From Phoronis australis (Eukaryota > Animalia > Phoronida): a DNA stretch of 64,000 nucleotides. The notes under the pieces were generated by a model that saw only the letters and a list, made by a program, of their open reading frames with translations, was not told the origin of the DNA and ran no database searches. This document shows positions 24,201 to 36,232 of the stretch, piece by piece; position 1 is the first letter of the stretch, and every line of letters begins with the position of its first letter. The translations under genes were made by a program, and so were the position numbers. The stretch is taken from contig NMRA01000370.1 of the NCBI GenBank assembly GCA_002633005.1, forward strand, positions 248,001 to 312,000, read 5' to 3'.

Positions 24201-27200
24201 TATAAAACATAATTTTAGAACTGTTTTTCATAATTTTGATAACTCAACACCCTTGACTCAATTCTCCCTTACCCGCGATAACGAAATAGCATTATACAGA
24301 TCAAGATGTGGCCTTTTCCTAAACTCTGACAAGTTCAGGCACAACTTTAGTAATGTCTCTCCAAACTGTAAATGTGGTGACCATCAATCTTATCCTCATA
24401 TTTTCTTCAAATGTCCCCTCATCGAATCCCTGAGAGACTCACTCTTTCGTGCACTCAATGATAACCAATCAATTGTTAACGCTCTTAATTCTTGTAATAA
24501 CATCCCTACTAGAGTTACATTATTACTGAATGGTAGTCCTAACCTTGACTTTGTTCTCAACGAATTCCTCCTAAGCAACATTAGCAAATTTTTATGTACC
24601 GTTTATCAATATTGTTGCATCTGATTTCCCTACATGAATCTGTAAATATTTTTGTTTTTATATATCTGTAATAGCATGTCTAAGTATTGGAATACTTATT
24701 TTAGATACTACTTAATTGTATATACCTCTATGTATATAAGTTTCATTTATGAATTGTTTACAACCCAGATATAATGCTTCGCGGTTTCTGGGTTTGTTAT
24801 TATTTCTTTGTATGTTCTGTGTATCCTTCAATAAATATATATCACAATGAAAAAAAAAATTTAGACCACTTACTGCTAAAAATTGGAATCAGTTTGTTCC
24901 TCACTAAGATGAGGAATGACTTGACAGTTCAGTAGTGCTCGAGAATGACCTGGCACGACAGGCCAATGTGATGAGTCTGATCTCGAGCAATAGCAAACTG
25001 CCAATTCTTCCATTATCCTGGAATCACATCTAGTCTGAGTAATGAGCAAGCTGAGACCAGTTTTATAATGTTCAGTACCTTAAATCAAAAGTTATTTTTT
25101 TGAAGGAAGGCAGGTTTACGGTCGCTTTAAATGTGTAATCAAGAAAAACGCTAATAAAGCTAAGCAAACTGATCAGAACTGAAATATTCCCTTATTTGCG
25201 TTGATTTTGTTGCAGCACTTCTGATTATACACCGTATTCACGTAGTCGCCATTTTAGTAGTGAGCCTCTTTTTAGGTTTTAAAAACAATGCTGCATTTTG
25301 TGCTTAAATACAGCGCTTGAGATTTTATGTACCATAATATTCACATCTCAAATGGTTCATTTTTTAAACCTAAAGAGAGGCTCACTTCTAAAATGGCGAC
25401 TGCGTGAATAAGGTCTATAGCCTCCCTCAAAATAGCACATTTGTTACCTCAGCATACAAGTTGCAAGTGCCAACTTGAAAATGACCACCTAGGTTTGATT
25501 GCACATAGTTTTCAAAAAGCTATTTAAGTGATTACTTGCAACCGTTTCAACGACTCTCAATACAGCACACAACACAAATTTTTGTGCGACCGGTCGGAAA
25601 TTGGTCGACGACCGGCCATCTAGCCGACCAGCAGCTGACCAACAATGGTCTGCTAGGAACCGTCGGCTGAGTTGCCTCTACGGTCGGCACTTGGGTCGGC
25701 AAAGTGGTCGCCTAGCTTAGACGACCAATTCAGATTATGCGTGTCCTCGGTCGGTAATTACCATTTTATGACTTAGCGGGTGAACTTTGGCCAAACAAAC
25801 ATTTAACTGTTCGTTGTTCGTTCACCAGTGGCCACTCCAGTCTTGACATCGGTTTATCAACTTTTGTTCAACTATTGAAAGGTGGTAAAATCGAATCAAC
25901 CTACAAATACGAATTGTGTGAAATTGCACCAACGTAAACTTTATGTTGAATTGCTGACGGCGTGGTAAAATTAAACGTTAAATGATGTCGCGGAAACATA
26001 ATTTCGCACTCTAGATATGAAACTTTTTATACATTATGCATAAAAAAGTATCAACAACAAGGAAATTTGAAATGTGTCAGTAAATTTGCATACAGTTCCA
26101 GGGCCGTAGGAAGCGGGGGGAGGGGGAAGCGAGGGGGGCACGGCCCTCGCAAAAATTTTCAGGCGTAAGGGTTAAACCGTGGCAACCCATAGGCGTGGTG
26201 CTGGGGACAGTCGAGAAAAGAAAGATTGCGAAAAACGGATAAAAGAGAAAATTCAAGAGAATATTTAACAAATCTGCATCAGTGCATGGTTTACCTTTCA
26301 AGGACCCTGGGCAGGACACTGTCGTTAGGGTCTTAGCTTTTGCAGCACAGGTCGTCTAAACGCAAGAGAGAATTTGTAAAGCGGAGCTTTTACAGAGCGT
26401 ACTAATTTAATGGATATTTAAATTGAATCAGTCAATTTTGCGAATGCAAAACTATATTTTTCTGGAGGCCCCTCTCTCGCAAGGGATAACGGAGACAACT
26501 TTCGCTTCATTTTTTTTCTCGAAACTGTATATCACTTGAGAAAAATTGATGACCTGACAGATAACATCAATTGCTGCGCATTTCCTAATATTTGAAAATA
26601 TAGATATTTTCAAATTTAGGGGCCTCGCCTTTGAAGGAGGCCATTGACAACATGCAAGTGGCCATCTTTTTGTGTTTTTATTAACAAATTCTTACGGGGC
26701 CGCTCACGGTGAAAGGGCCCAATATTGGAATCAATTACCTCTATTTTCCTGAAATCGTGCTTTCGTGTTGAAGGAGGTCACTCCCTGCATCGTTTTGGAC
26801 CACACGAGGGTGGAATGAACTGTCAATTTTTTCCTAGCTTAATGATGTTTAGCCTTTCATCTAAAGGTGTCCCATTTCAGACGGTACCCTCTTTCGGTGG
26901 AGCAGTTTGGGGAAAAATGTCCCTTTGTCCCTCTATATACATGTATATCTGCGCGTGCAGGACAAGTGTACACGGGCACTATATCTGAGCGTGCACGACA
27001 GGTGCACACAGGCACTATGTCTGCGCGTGCACAACAGGTGTACACAATCAATTATGGTTGATAAAATTTATTACAAATGATTATTTAAAATAAATTAATT
27101 TCGACTATTTCTAAGAATGGTATGACATGTTATAAGATGTTGATAAGAATTAATATTAACGAAAGGTGTAATATAAGATCTAATTTTTTTCGTCATCCCT

Positions 27201-30200
27201 AGTAATTTATACGAATTCTTGTCACCGACCAAAAACGATACGCAAACGATGATCAGACTGATATATGTGAACGATGACGAGTCTCATCAGAATTCATATC
27301 AACCAAAATGGAGGTGCAAGATTTTTACACAAGCATTACGTACATGTATTCTAAGTTCAGAAAATATGATTAAGACAGTGAAGAAGACGAACTTTTACGT
27401 ACAATTCATTAAGATTGACGGTAAATATAAGGGGCAAAACTAAGCCTTTGAACTAGCAAGGAGCAATGTATAATGCATACAGAAGTATGCAACAGTCAGG
27501 GCACGGACTTCTGTGAACATCCTGAGGGACGTGCATGCAGCTAGGATGGATGGAGATTTGTCTCCTGCGGAACCCTCTCCGGAGGGGAGGAGCGGGGAAG
27601 GAGAGGCGATACAACAATTCGTGATGATCGGCACTAAACATTTTAGCATCAAAGATATTACGTTGATTCATTCAAGTAAGTCAGGCAAACGCATTTTAAT
27701 TAATAATCCACTGGTGCCACCTGCCGCCCCGAAGTGTTGTACCAGAGGGTTCCAGTTTAATCACGTCCTGCAGCTATTCTATTACTACTTATAAATTTCT
27801 GTAATTACATCATGTTTTGTCTGTTATAATTGATAAACCTAAATTGAAACATCAGAACATTCTAGAAACCATGTATAGTTAGTTGTCGCAACAAGAGGGG
27901 AGTTACATATTTCAGACTTGACAAATAACTGTGGCGTTGGCGCAGTTGGATGTTGGAATTAAATGCTGAATGACGTCAATATAAACATGTGTCTTAAAAC
28001 GCTACGCAATGTTGCCACAAGTCAAACTTAAATAATTGTGCTAAAACTAATGACTGCCTACAGGTATTTCAATAAACACAATATACATTCATTGACTGGC
28101 CGTAGTTTGGCTGGAAATGACGTGGTACGACGATAACTGGTACGGAACCGGTAACTGTCCCCTATATTTGATGTACNACCTAAGGAGGACAGATCATGCG
28201 CTATAAACATTACCAGACGTTTTGCTTCTCAAAAAGTGTACCTTGGTGTATTTTCTTTAATTTCTTTCGACATTGCATTCGCTTTACCAAAGATTCACGC
28301 ACAAATGCCGCGTACAGAGACAAATACCTCTTCACCACTTATTCGCATCTTACCGTTCAAAATTGTTTTATTTCATACAGTTTGTCAATATGTTGTTGAC
28401 AGAAATATTTGTTTTTGGAACGTCAGCGACCAACTGATACATGTAACTAGAGCTGTGGAGTCGGCTGGTGGGTCGCCTTATGAGTCGGCACTGCGGCTGG
28501 CTGCCCGTCGGCTAAAAATTAGCTAATTTGCCGACGGCTGGTCGTCGACTCCTAGCCGGCCGGTTGGACAAAAATTCGTGATGTGTGCTGTACATGTCTC
28601 CTAAAAATTTTCTTAAAACAAATCATGACATTAACCGTGCTTGAAAATGAGCATCCATCTTAGGTTGCACATAAGTTTTTTCAAAGAGGAATTACAAACG
28701 ACAAGTTGCAACTGCTAAAGTTGAGAATCATTCAACTTTATCCTTGCTGAAACACTCATAAACTGAATCCTAACAAAAATATATACTTGAAAACTGGGAT
28801 GACACTGAAACTTGACATCATGACCTTTTTGATATTGATAGCAGTTAAAGAAAACAATGCTCATCGTATAGTTAGCCCAAGACTAACAGACACTTATTTA
28901 GGTTTTGTAAAATTAAAGACTTGGAAGCTGGAATTAACACTGCCCTCCAGGAGAGTTCTTACGAGCAAATACTTAGGTTTCTGAGAGCCTTACCCCATCA
29001 AACGACCGTAGATCGTATAGTTTCAAGCTCTCTGAGTTGACACCTGCAGCGAAAATTAAACCATCTGGATCAAAGCCAGCCACCGGCCTGCCAGGCAAAT
29101 GCATTAGTCCCTGAAAGAACAATATTATTGCAATATAAATTCTCAACAGACATGTGCAACATGACAATGGGTACACTTGATTGACTTCGCCGTTATCTCT
29201 GGATCAACTGGTCAAGACATCTGATTGGTCTGTAAACAGGAAGTTATCATCCTAACTGGCTGACCAGGCAGAACCAGCGAATACAATCAAGTGCAACGAA
29301 TGTGCACCCACATGAAGAGCACTGTAACGTCACAGAGGATAAACATTTTGAGACAAGAAACTGAAAGGAACTGTACTCTTTCTACTAATAACTGAATTTT
29401 GGTAGTAAAGGTAATATCACCTGATGGGTAATATGTTTACACTGTGAAAGTACGAAATAGTGAAAAACTCATACTAAAAAACTTTGCATTTTTTTTTTGC
29501 TTAAATGCACCTGGCTTGATCTGCCAGTCTGAAAACAGCAGCCTGTTCTGGCCTAGAAATCTATCAAGTTCTAGGCAGGTACTCTGACCACTGACTTATT
29601 GTAAATATGCTAGGGACAGGCAATACACTTCACTGAATGTTAGCAAGAATTTTTAATGATTTAATTTTTGGAATGCACAGCTGAGAACATGAGCCGAAGG
29701 CCATTGGTAAACGGCTACACACAAACATCCACATAAAATCTTTCATATTACGTAAATATTATATTTGAAAAATCCGAGCTGAAACTGAATGGCCCAGACA
29801 TTGAAGAGAACAATACCCTACAGTATCAACACACACACGACTTTTCTAAAAATTTCTCCAATCTGTTCTGAAAATAGTAGACAGCAACTAAATAGCCGAG
29901 AAGCAACGCACAAATGGTCCAAAAAGGCACTGTCATTGGCAGATTGTTGACTATTTCCAAAAAAATTGAGGATGTATAAATAGACAGTTTCCGAAATTAA
30001 AGGATTTTTTTGAAGTTAGTCTCATCTACACTACCCATAAAAAAATATAAAAAATATGACCCGGAATTCCCCGACATGGCGGCTGACCACAAGAAGAATT
30101 CCTCCTCACGACGGTCGAGTGCAAGCAGAATTCACCATCAGGGTAGCTAGAATGACCTGTTATGAGAAGAAATCAATACTTTTTCTGATGACTTGTGGTG

Positions 30201-33200
30201 TGTACAGGACAAGTCTTATGCAAAGTGCAAGCATTCCTACCTGACAGTTTGGGGACCTCAGATCCCATAGTCGAATTGTTTTATCTAACGATCCTGATAG
30301 AAATGTGTCATCAACCGGGGACATGCATAAGGAAACAACTCTGAAAATACAACAAATTACAAACCTCATAAGTCAATGCACAAATTAAACTGCACAATTC
30401 AAATGGTGCGCAATATTTCAAAGGTTCATTATCAGGTTTTGAGTAATCAGAGATCATGAAGTCGGTGCATTTTGCCAAATGTCTACAAAACCATAAAAAA
30501 TAACACAGTAAAAAGATTTTAATTTTGGACTTTATATACCTCAGTACACTGCGTGGCAATTAGTGATTGGTCTAAACAGATAACTGCATTCAACTTAAGA
30601 TAAATCCAAACTTTTGATCAGCTGTTTGCATTGCCATTGTTTTACAAATTGAATGCAACGCATGGTCCTTGAACCAGTTATGCAATTAAAGTGCACCGAT
30701 GATAATATTGATGCCAGTAATGAAAAGGGGTGCTCCTGAAATTATCCTTGCTTTCAGAGAAAAGCAGTTCAGCTTAAGACTGGCGTCACGAANACAACAT
30801 ATTACCTCACTGTATTTTTCTGAAATCAAAACCGCATCGGCAACGTAGACGGAAGGACGATGGGAATACTCACTTTTTTGTATGTCCAGGAAAGTATCGG
30901 ATGTATTTGTTGTCATGAAGGGAGAGATACCGGACCGTGTCTGAAAAACAATAAATAAATAAATAAATAAATATGACCCAATGAGTAATTTGTATACACT
31001 ACCCAAGTCTCCAAGGGTAAAAAATTCTATCCTGTTCTTTATTTGCCAGTCTGAAAATTTGCCTGCATTGACTCACCGTCTACTTTGGTAGAACTGTGTA
31101 TGGCAGTGTTGGTGGCGTGTGTATAACTAATCAGATCCACTCCATACTTTTTACTGTTTAATGTTCTTTTGGGGCTGAAATGATAAGGAAATAAGTAACA
31201 AGTGCTTTGACAGTAATTAGTGTCATGTTAACATACAGACGTCCAAACAACTCAAAGCATCATCACTGGAATAATGCAAGCAACTAATCACTCAAAGCAT
31301 AGCCCGTCTGCTGCCACGCAGAGGAGGGGGGGGACCTGCCTGAGTCCATTTGCCCGGCGTGCACAACAATACCAAAATAAGTTTGAAGGGAGCTTCTTCA
31401 AACCTAGTTTCCTAAAGAAACACCATGGGGGAATCTTTCCTGATGGGAGCTCTTTCAGAAATCCTTGGTATTTTTCTGCTGTTTAAATCTGTTGGCTTCA
31501 AACTGATTTTATTTATTTTGGTTCTAACTTGATGATAAATCTATTAAATGCCAACTGGCCTTAATTACACGAATGATGTAAACATACTGTTAGGACCATT
31601 ATCTTCACTCCTTGTTCATTGTTTTGTATCGCAGAGATCCAAATTGATCAGCTATTCTCCCTAATCGGCTGTATTAAGTTTACGTCAAGATCTGAACAGT
31701 CATATTAAAAATTATCAAGCTGTACTGTAGCCACCAAGTGTTGTCATTTAAAGAATGTCCTCATATTTCTGTTTTCGTAATTGACACCAGTATACATGTC
31801 AAATTTCAATTTCCAATAGAGTATTTTTGCAGTGAAAGTCTCAGTAACACAGTGGCCCATGACGTGGATAAAGACACAGTACGAACTGCACAACACCTAT
31901 ATATGCAATGTAGGCTATTTTCTCACCTGTACCGAGACAACTGAGTGAAATTTATGTTTAAGCAGTTTATGATTTATCTACAATGAATACAAGACGGCTT
32001 TTGACAACTTTTAAAGCACAATCTGTAGAAAACACTGGATGATGACGAGGTCTTTATTTTAACAAGTCAATATTTTTTCAAATCTGGTTGCAGGTAATTC
32101 AAACAACTGTTGCAAGTCCTGGCAGAATGGGTCACAGCAACACATTAAAACAGGTTGCAGAGAACAAAGGGCTAAACTAAAGAGAGACCCAGAGATGTAT
32201 ATGTAAGTCTTTCAAGTACCGATGGAGAGGCCAGAGGGTGCTGGTCTGGTGGTAGTGGATCCAGGACAAGGGTCGTGTCGCTGAGACCTGAAGCCAGGGG
32301 GAAGAAGTGCTGTATCGCGTTTGACATGATTTCAGGTTGTTTCATGCTAAAAAGGCCTCTCTTAGTCTTAAATCCCTCGCTAAAGGGCAATTGCCCTATG
32401 GCTAATATTTGGATGCCATATTTTGGTTCAAGGGTGCGCTTGCCGGATGAGCCCAGAAAATGTAAAGATGACTTTGTCTTTGAAGTTTGATAATAATCCC
32501 ACAGTCACATTCCACCTCACATTCAACATAATGTTGTAGATGTGCTTCCGATGAATCATATCCACTCGCTAACGGGCAATTGCCTATTAGCATTAGTTGA
32601 ATGGTTAGCACACTTGCCGGTTTTATGGGGTTGCTAGTTTGATTCCTGGCATGCATGGTTATGCCTGGTGATGGTAAAAGTTCCAGGAGTCGAGGACTTG
32701 TATGAGAGACAGCCTTGTGTTCAGCGGTGTTGTGGTGGTAAGGTAAATGTACCAAGGGAATTTGATGACCTGTATGCGAGAAAACCTGGTGTTCACCTTC
32801 CTGGTGTGCACCTGTTCTGTAGGAAAGGGGGAGGGGGTTGCTGTAGATGCGTTTCCGGTGAATCATATGAGCTTCTGTAAGCCACTCACTGACAGGCAAT
32901 TGCCTATTAGCTGAATGGTTAGCACGCTCGCCGGTTTTATAGGGGTCGCTGGTTCAATTTCCGGGTCGGGTAATCTAGGCTATTACTTCACTACAGACAG
33001 TACGTCTACAAAGCAAAGACAATACAAATTACAATACAATACAAAACAAATGACCGGTCAGTCGACTTACGTTCCACTCTGACAGTCGTAGATAACAATT
33101 TGGTCATCGTCACTGCTCGAGATCAACGTCTCGCCATTTGCGGAGTAATTTATGCTGTTGATGCGATCAGTGTTCTCTCGGAAAACCTTAGCAACTTTAA

Positions 33201-33231
33201 ATGTTTTCACAACCTGATCTGTCAGCTTCAT
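21225..33231 (-). CDS. WDR82: WD repeat-containing protein 82 (Swd2/COMPASS subunit); 9 coding exons, 313 aa
   Basis: Exons 33231-33071, 31174-31077, 30940-30874, 30340-30241, 29110-28994, 24075-23920, 23530-23461, 22250-22108, 21254-21225 (942 nt). The protein, [20 protein letters not shown]...SKKYGVDLI...[16 protein letters not shown]...[19 protein letters not shown]...AFWLP, is closely similar to recalled WDR82. Confidence 0.97.
21600..22125 (-). repeat. ~90-bp minisatellite (5 intronic copies plus the source copy) derived from the WDR82 exon 8/intron 8 junction
   Basis: CTCACCAT recurs at ~21650, 21741, 21838, 21929 and 22018; the real donor CTTACCAT is at 22103. Confidence 0.9.
22108..22250 (-). 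CDS. WDR82: WDR82 exon 8
   Basis: [34 protein letters not shown]|gtaagt. Confidence 0.93.
22815..22968 (-). mobile_element. tRNA-derived SINE (head and short body)
   Basis: Minus strand: A box TGGCTTAGTGG and B box GGTTCGAATCC with tRNA-like spacing, but no proper acceptor stem. The 3' boundary is approximate. Confidence 0.65.
23461..23530 (-). CDS. WDR82: WDR82 exon 7
   Basis: [23 protein letters not shown]|gtaagt. Confidence 0.93.
23920..24075 (-). CDS. WDR82: WDR82 exon 6
   Basis: [35 protein letters not shown]|gtatgt. Confidence 0.95.
24134..25126. mobile_element. Palindromic TTAA-flanked MITE (Kolobok-like), split by a LINE insertion
   Basis: ttaa-AGC...GCT-ttaa ends; long imperfect inverted arms (AACTTTTGATTTA / TAAATCAAAAGTT). 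Related fragments near 21040-21140 and 51107-51245. Confidence 0.6.
24191..24858 (+). mobile_element. 5'-truncated non-LTR retrotransposon (LINE, CR1/L2-group-like 3' end), antisense in WDR82 intron 5
   Basis: ORF 24253-24624 carries the LINE C-terminal zinc knuckle [17 protein letters not shown]; AATAAA at 24830; poly(A) tail; 12-bp TSD ATTTAGACCACT (24179-90, 24859-70). Confidence 0.88.
25230..25415. mobile_element. Short palindromic MITE; second copy at ~40381-40570
   Basis: Inverted arms CACCGTATTCACGTAGTCGCCATTTTAG..GAGCCTCT / AGAGGCTC..CTAAAATGGCGACTGCGTGAATAAGGTC; TATA flanks. Confidence 0.75.
25563..28590. mobile_element. 3.0-kb non-autonomous TIR transposon with TA target duplication in WDR82 intron 5
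   Basis: Left CAGCACACAACACAAATTTTTGTGCGACCGG vs right (reverse complement) CAGCACACATCACGAATTTTTGTCCAACCGG; TA on both sides; subterminal GTCGG/CCGAC clusters; no transposase ORF. Confidence 0.8.
26944..27046 (+). repeat. 36-bp tandem repeat, ~3 copies
   Basis: TATATCTGCGCGTGCAGGACAAGTGTACACGGGCAC and variants. Confidence 0.85.
28994..29110 (-). CDS. WDR82: WDR82 exon 5
   Basis: [39 protein letters not shown]|gtaagg. Confidence 0.95.
30241..30340 (-). CDS. WDR82: WDR82 exon 4
   Basis: [33 protein letters not shown]|gtagga. Confidence 0.95.
30874..30940 (-). CDS. WDR82: WDR82 exon 3
   Basis: [21 protein letters not shown]|gtgagt. Confidence 0.95.
31077..31174 (-). CDS. WDR82: WDR82 exon 2
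   Basis: [32 protein letters not shown]|gtgagt. Confidence 0.95.
32375..32972 (+). repeat. Three degenerate tandem tRNA-like/SINE-head units in WDR82 intron 1
   Basis: GGCAATTGCC leader at ~32387, 32575 and 32895. The best copy (32901-32972) has TAGCTGAATGG (A box) and GGTTCAATTTCC (B box). Confidence 0.55.
33071..33231 (-). CDS. WDR82: WDR82 exon 1
   Basis: [24 protein letters not shown]|gtaagt. Confidence 0.95.
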
Positions 33232-33931
33232 GGTTGAGACGCACAGACAGACATAGTAAGTGCGCGATACACCAATACATTTATTTATTAAAATAAATTT
33301 ACAGTATTGAGACATTATATGTCCTCATCAGTGGTACTAATAATGCCATTTAAATATTTTAATGAAACAATTTTTGCATTTTCACAATCTGTTTTCTCTA
33401 CTTTTTTGTTTGGAATTTTGCAGAAGATGTTTTGTCCACCTATTGGACAACCAAGAAAACGAAGACTGCTCTGATATTTTTCGATTCGTAAGCTAAAACT
33501 GGGGCAAAATCCCATGTCATGCAGATTCATTTCGCCAACTTTTTATTAGAGAGATGGCGCATTAAAACACATTTAAGTTGGACTCGACAATTGATGACTA
33601 AATGTCCACTCTGACCTGAGATGGGGTCTGTCTGACTTTTGACCTTATCCCTCGCCTCGCCTCAGCTGACCTCGCACTCTCGACTCTGTGACCCAGAAAA
33701 ATATCTTCTAAGTGTATTTGGAACGTGCCACTTCGATATGTTACATTTCATTTATCTGTAGAACGCGTTTCTGATTAGATTGAGTTGTAAGTATGAGACT
33801 CTACAAAATATAGGTTCATCTTTGCAACAAAATTCTACAGAACTGGGTTTGTATAGGCATAGGGAATTAAGTCCCACCCAGCCTACCCTAGAAAAACTTG
33901 CATTTGTGCAACTGTAGGCTACCCTACTTTT

Positions 33932-34004
33932 GCACACACAGGCATGCACACACACGCACGCACACACACACACAGGCATACACACACACACGCATACACA
34001 CACA
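33932..34004 (+). repeat. Imperfect (CA)n microsatellite between WDR82 and GLYCTK
   Basis: gcacacaca..cacacacaca read directly. Confidence 0.9.
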
Positions 34005-35774
34005 TATCTGATAACTGGGGTAAGGCAGAAGTTGTCGCTTTGTTGTGCATGTTGTCTTGTTGAACAGCTGATGCGAATACGGCACACAAAAAAGAGCTGT
34101 TAGTGTTATATAACTGCAGCTGATTATTACTGCTACCTTACCGTCCTTACCCCACTTGCAAGTGGCGCAAGTTGCTCTAGAACAAGTTACTACACCTCGG
34201 TAATGGGGAGCAAGTTGTCACAAGTGGGGTAAGTTGCGTCCAGACAGTACTCAAACCTAGTGACAACTAGTTCCAAGAGTAACTTGTTATAAGGTAAGTC
34301 TGTGTGGACGGCACTTTACCTGCCTGTGGACACTGCAGGCTTCTTGCCAGCCAGCCGAGGGGCTACGTGTTGCCTTTTTGGCATTTTGCTTGGTTCAACT
34401 GCAGTGTTCTTCCTAAATGTTACTGCGCCATTTTTAAATGCTTTGCACCGTATGTTTGCCGGGAAAGCAATTGAATTAATGTTTGAAAAGCTCTGAGCCA
34501 TGTGCTTGAGATTGCTCTGAACCATATGTTTGAGAAGCTCTGAGCCATGTTGGAAGAAGTCTGAGCCTAGTTTGAAATCTTAAGCTGTGTTTGAATGCCC
34601 AAATTTTTTGCCTTTTAAGCCAAATGTAAACTGTTTCTAGTAAGAAAAAATAATGTGTAACTTTAATTGTTTTCCTATTACAACGGGAAAATTAGTACTA
34701 CATGAGAACATGACACGCAATTTACACCTCATTTGAATTTTTGTATAGGGAAAACCTTCCACTGAATGCAGTCTTTATTGTATTTTGTTCAAATTTCACT
34801 CAATAAATAAGTATGTTACAGAGTGAAACCTCAGTACTAGAAAATGGTGGAGGGAAATAGTTGTACGTTGGTAACATTTTCATGGGTCCCTTTTAATCTC
34901 AATTGTATAACTCAGCAATTAAAGGGGTTTCATCTTGCTGACTCTAAAACTATGTTGCAGTGGTGTACCCTGTTAAAAAGTATTCAAACAGTAACAAGAA
35001 ATGGGTTTACTGGGAACTTGTGTTTTTTTCTTATTTTATGATTCACAAAGTTTGTTTTGCAAAACCCAGAAAATTGCCACAGAATTATGGAGAAATGATG
35101 AATGGATTTTTTCAGACTCTGCACAATTGAATGCTCACGTGGTGTACATGGTTGTAAATCTCCTTCGACGGCTGCATCCTTTGTTCACATTGCACATGCT
35201 GTAGTTACCTGGTAAGTGTCATGGAAAATGTGGAACATTGTTCTCCAATCTGGCACATCAGATTAAATGAAGGTTCCTTGGTAATAGTCGGATAGGTGGG
35301 TCCCTGATTTAAAGTTGATTTGAGAACCAATTTCTACCACTGAATAACGGGCGTTATTCAATGGGATGTTATTCAATGGGACTAAAGCTAATTGCTGCCA
35401 ATAAGCATAATTTACCAAGAGGTGTTTCATGCCATCTACACAGTACATACAAACCATGGTTTCTCAATCTTTGTTTTTGTGGAGAAATTTGACAAAATAG
35501 AATTTCACTTGTCGGTGATATTGTGTGCTAAATAAATGACAAATTAGTTTCTATTAGTTTCTATGCATTAAATTACTGTTGGAATTAATACGGATTAGGG
35601 ACTGGTGTTCTTGTATGGTGCTCATTTGTTGTCAGGTGCTGATTAAAAAAAATGATTCCTAACCTTGAAGCTTAAAATTGCTGAAAACGATTGTGGAAGC
35701 ATCCCTAAGTACATGAGGCAGTCAGTTATTACCTTAAGTTTGAGTGATGTCTCAATTTCAGATGATGACTCAAA

Positions 35775-36232
35775 ATGCAGTGGAACGCTAATGCACGACG
35801 CTTGCTTGGCCGAGTTTCCTGTATCTTCCTGTCAGAGCATGTCGCCTGTGGTTTTTACTGTTCTAAACAGTTGTCAGCCCAGTGGAGTCCTTTGATCCAC
35901 AGGGGCATACACAGCCAAGCTATGACCTCCCACCAAGAGATGTCGCCACTGCAGGAAACGCTGAGACAGGAAGCTAGGGCAATATTCCATCAAGCTGTGA
36001 CCTCAGTGCTTCCAAATAAGATGGTGTCTAATGCATTACAAGTCGAAGGCAATGTCCTTCATGTGGGGCAGAAGACCTACGTGTTAAATAAAAATCTCTA
36101 CGTGGTGGGTGTTGGCAAGGCTTCGCTTGGTATGCTAAGACAAGTGGAGGAACTCCTTTCGGATCATATCGTGAGCGGGATAGCAAACGTACCCAAAGGA
36201 ATTCAGGATAGCTTTAAGGTGCATGGCAAGAA
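35775..36232 (+). CDS. GLYCTK: GLYCTK exon 1 (coding)
   Basis: LRQEARAIFHQAVTSVLP..NLYVVGVGKASLGM; donor GTAAGT. Start codon could be 35775 or 35922. Confidence 0.88.

Noticed and set aside
32402-32899. 165-aa minus-strand ORF as a nested gene
   Set aside because: No recognisable domain, non-ATG start, and it runs across duplicated tRNA-like repeats.
32901-32972. Functional tRNA gene
   Set aside because: The acceptor and anticodon stems pair poorly and the B box has an insertion; treated as SINE/pseudo-tRNA. The same applies to 22901-22968 and 12419-12492.
21255-33070. Intronic let-7 (human WDR82 hosts let-7g) or miR-135 near GLYCTK
   Set aside because: I saw no TGAGGTAG-type or TATGGCTTTTT-type mature sequence in a hairpin by eye. 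An Infernal or miRBase search would be needed to exclude it fully.
34130-34525. Small gene or complete transposon between WDR82 and GLYCTK
   Set aside because: CAAGTTG-rich repeats and a short basic ORF suggest a transposon remnant, but I could not define paired TIRs or a TSD.
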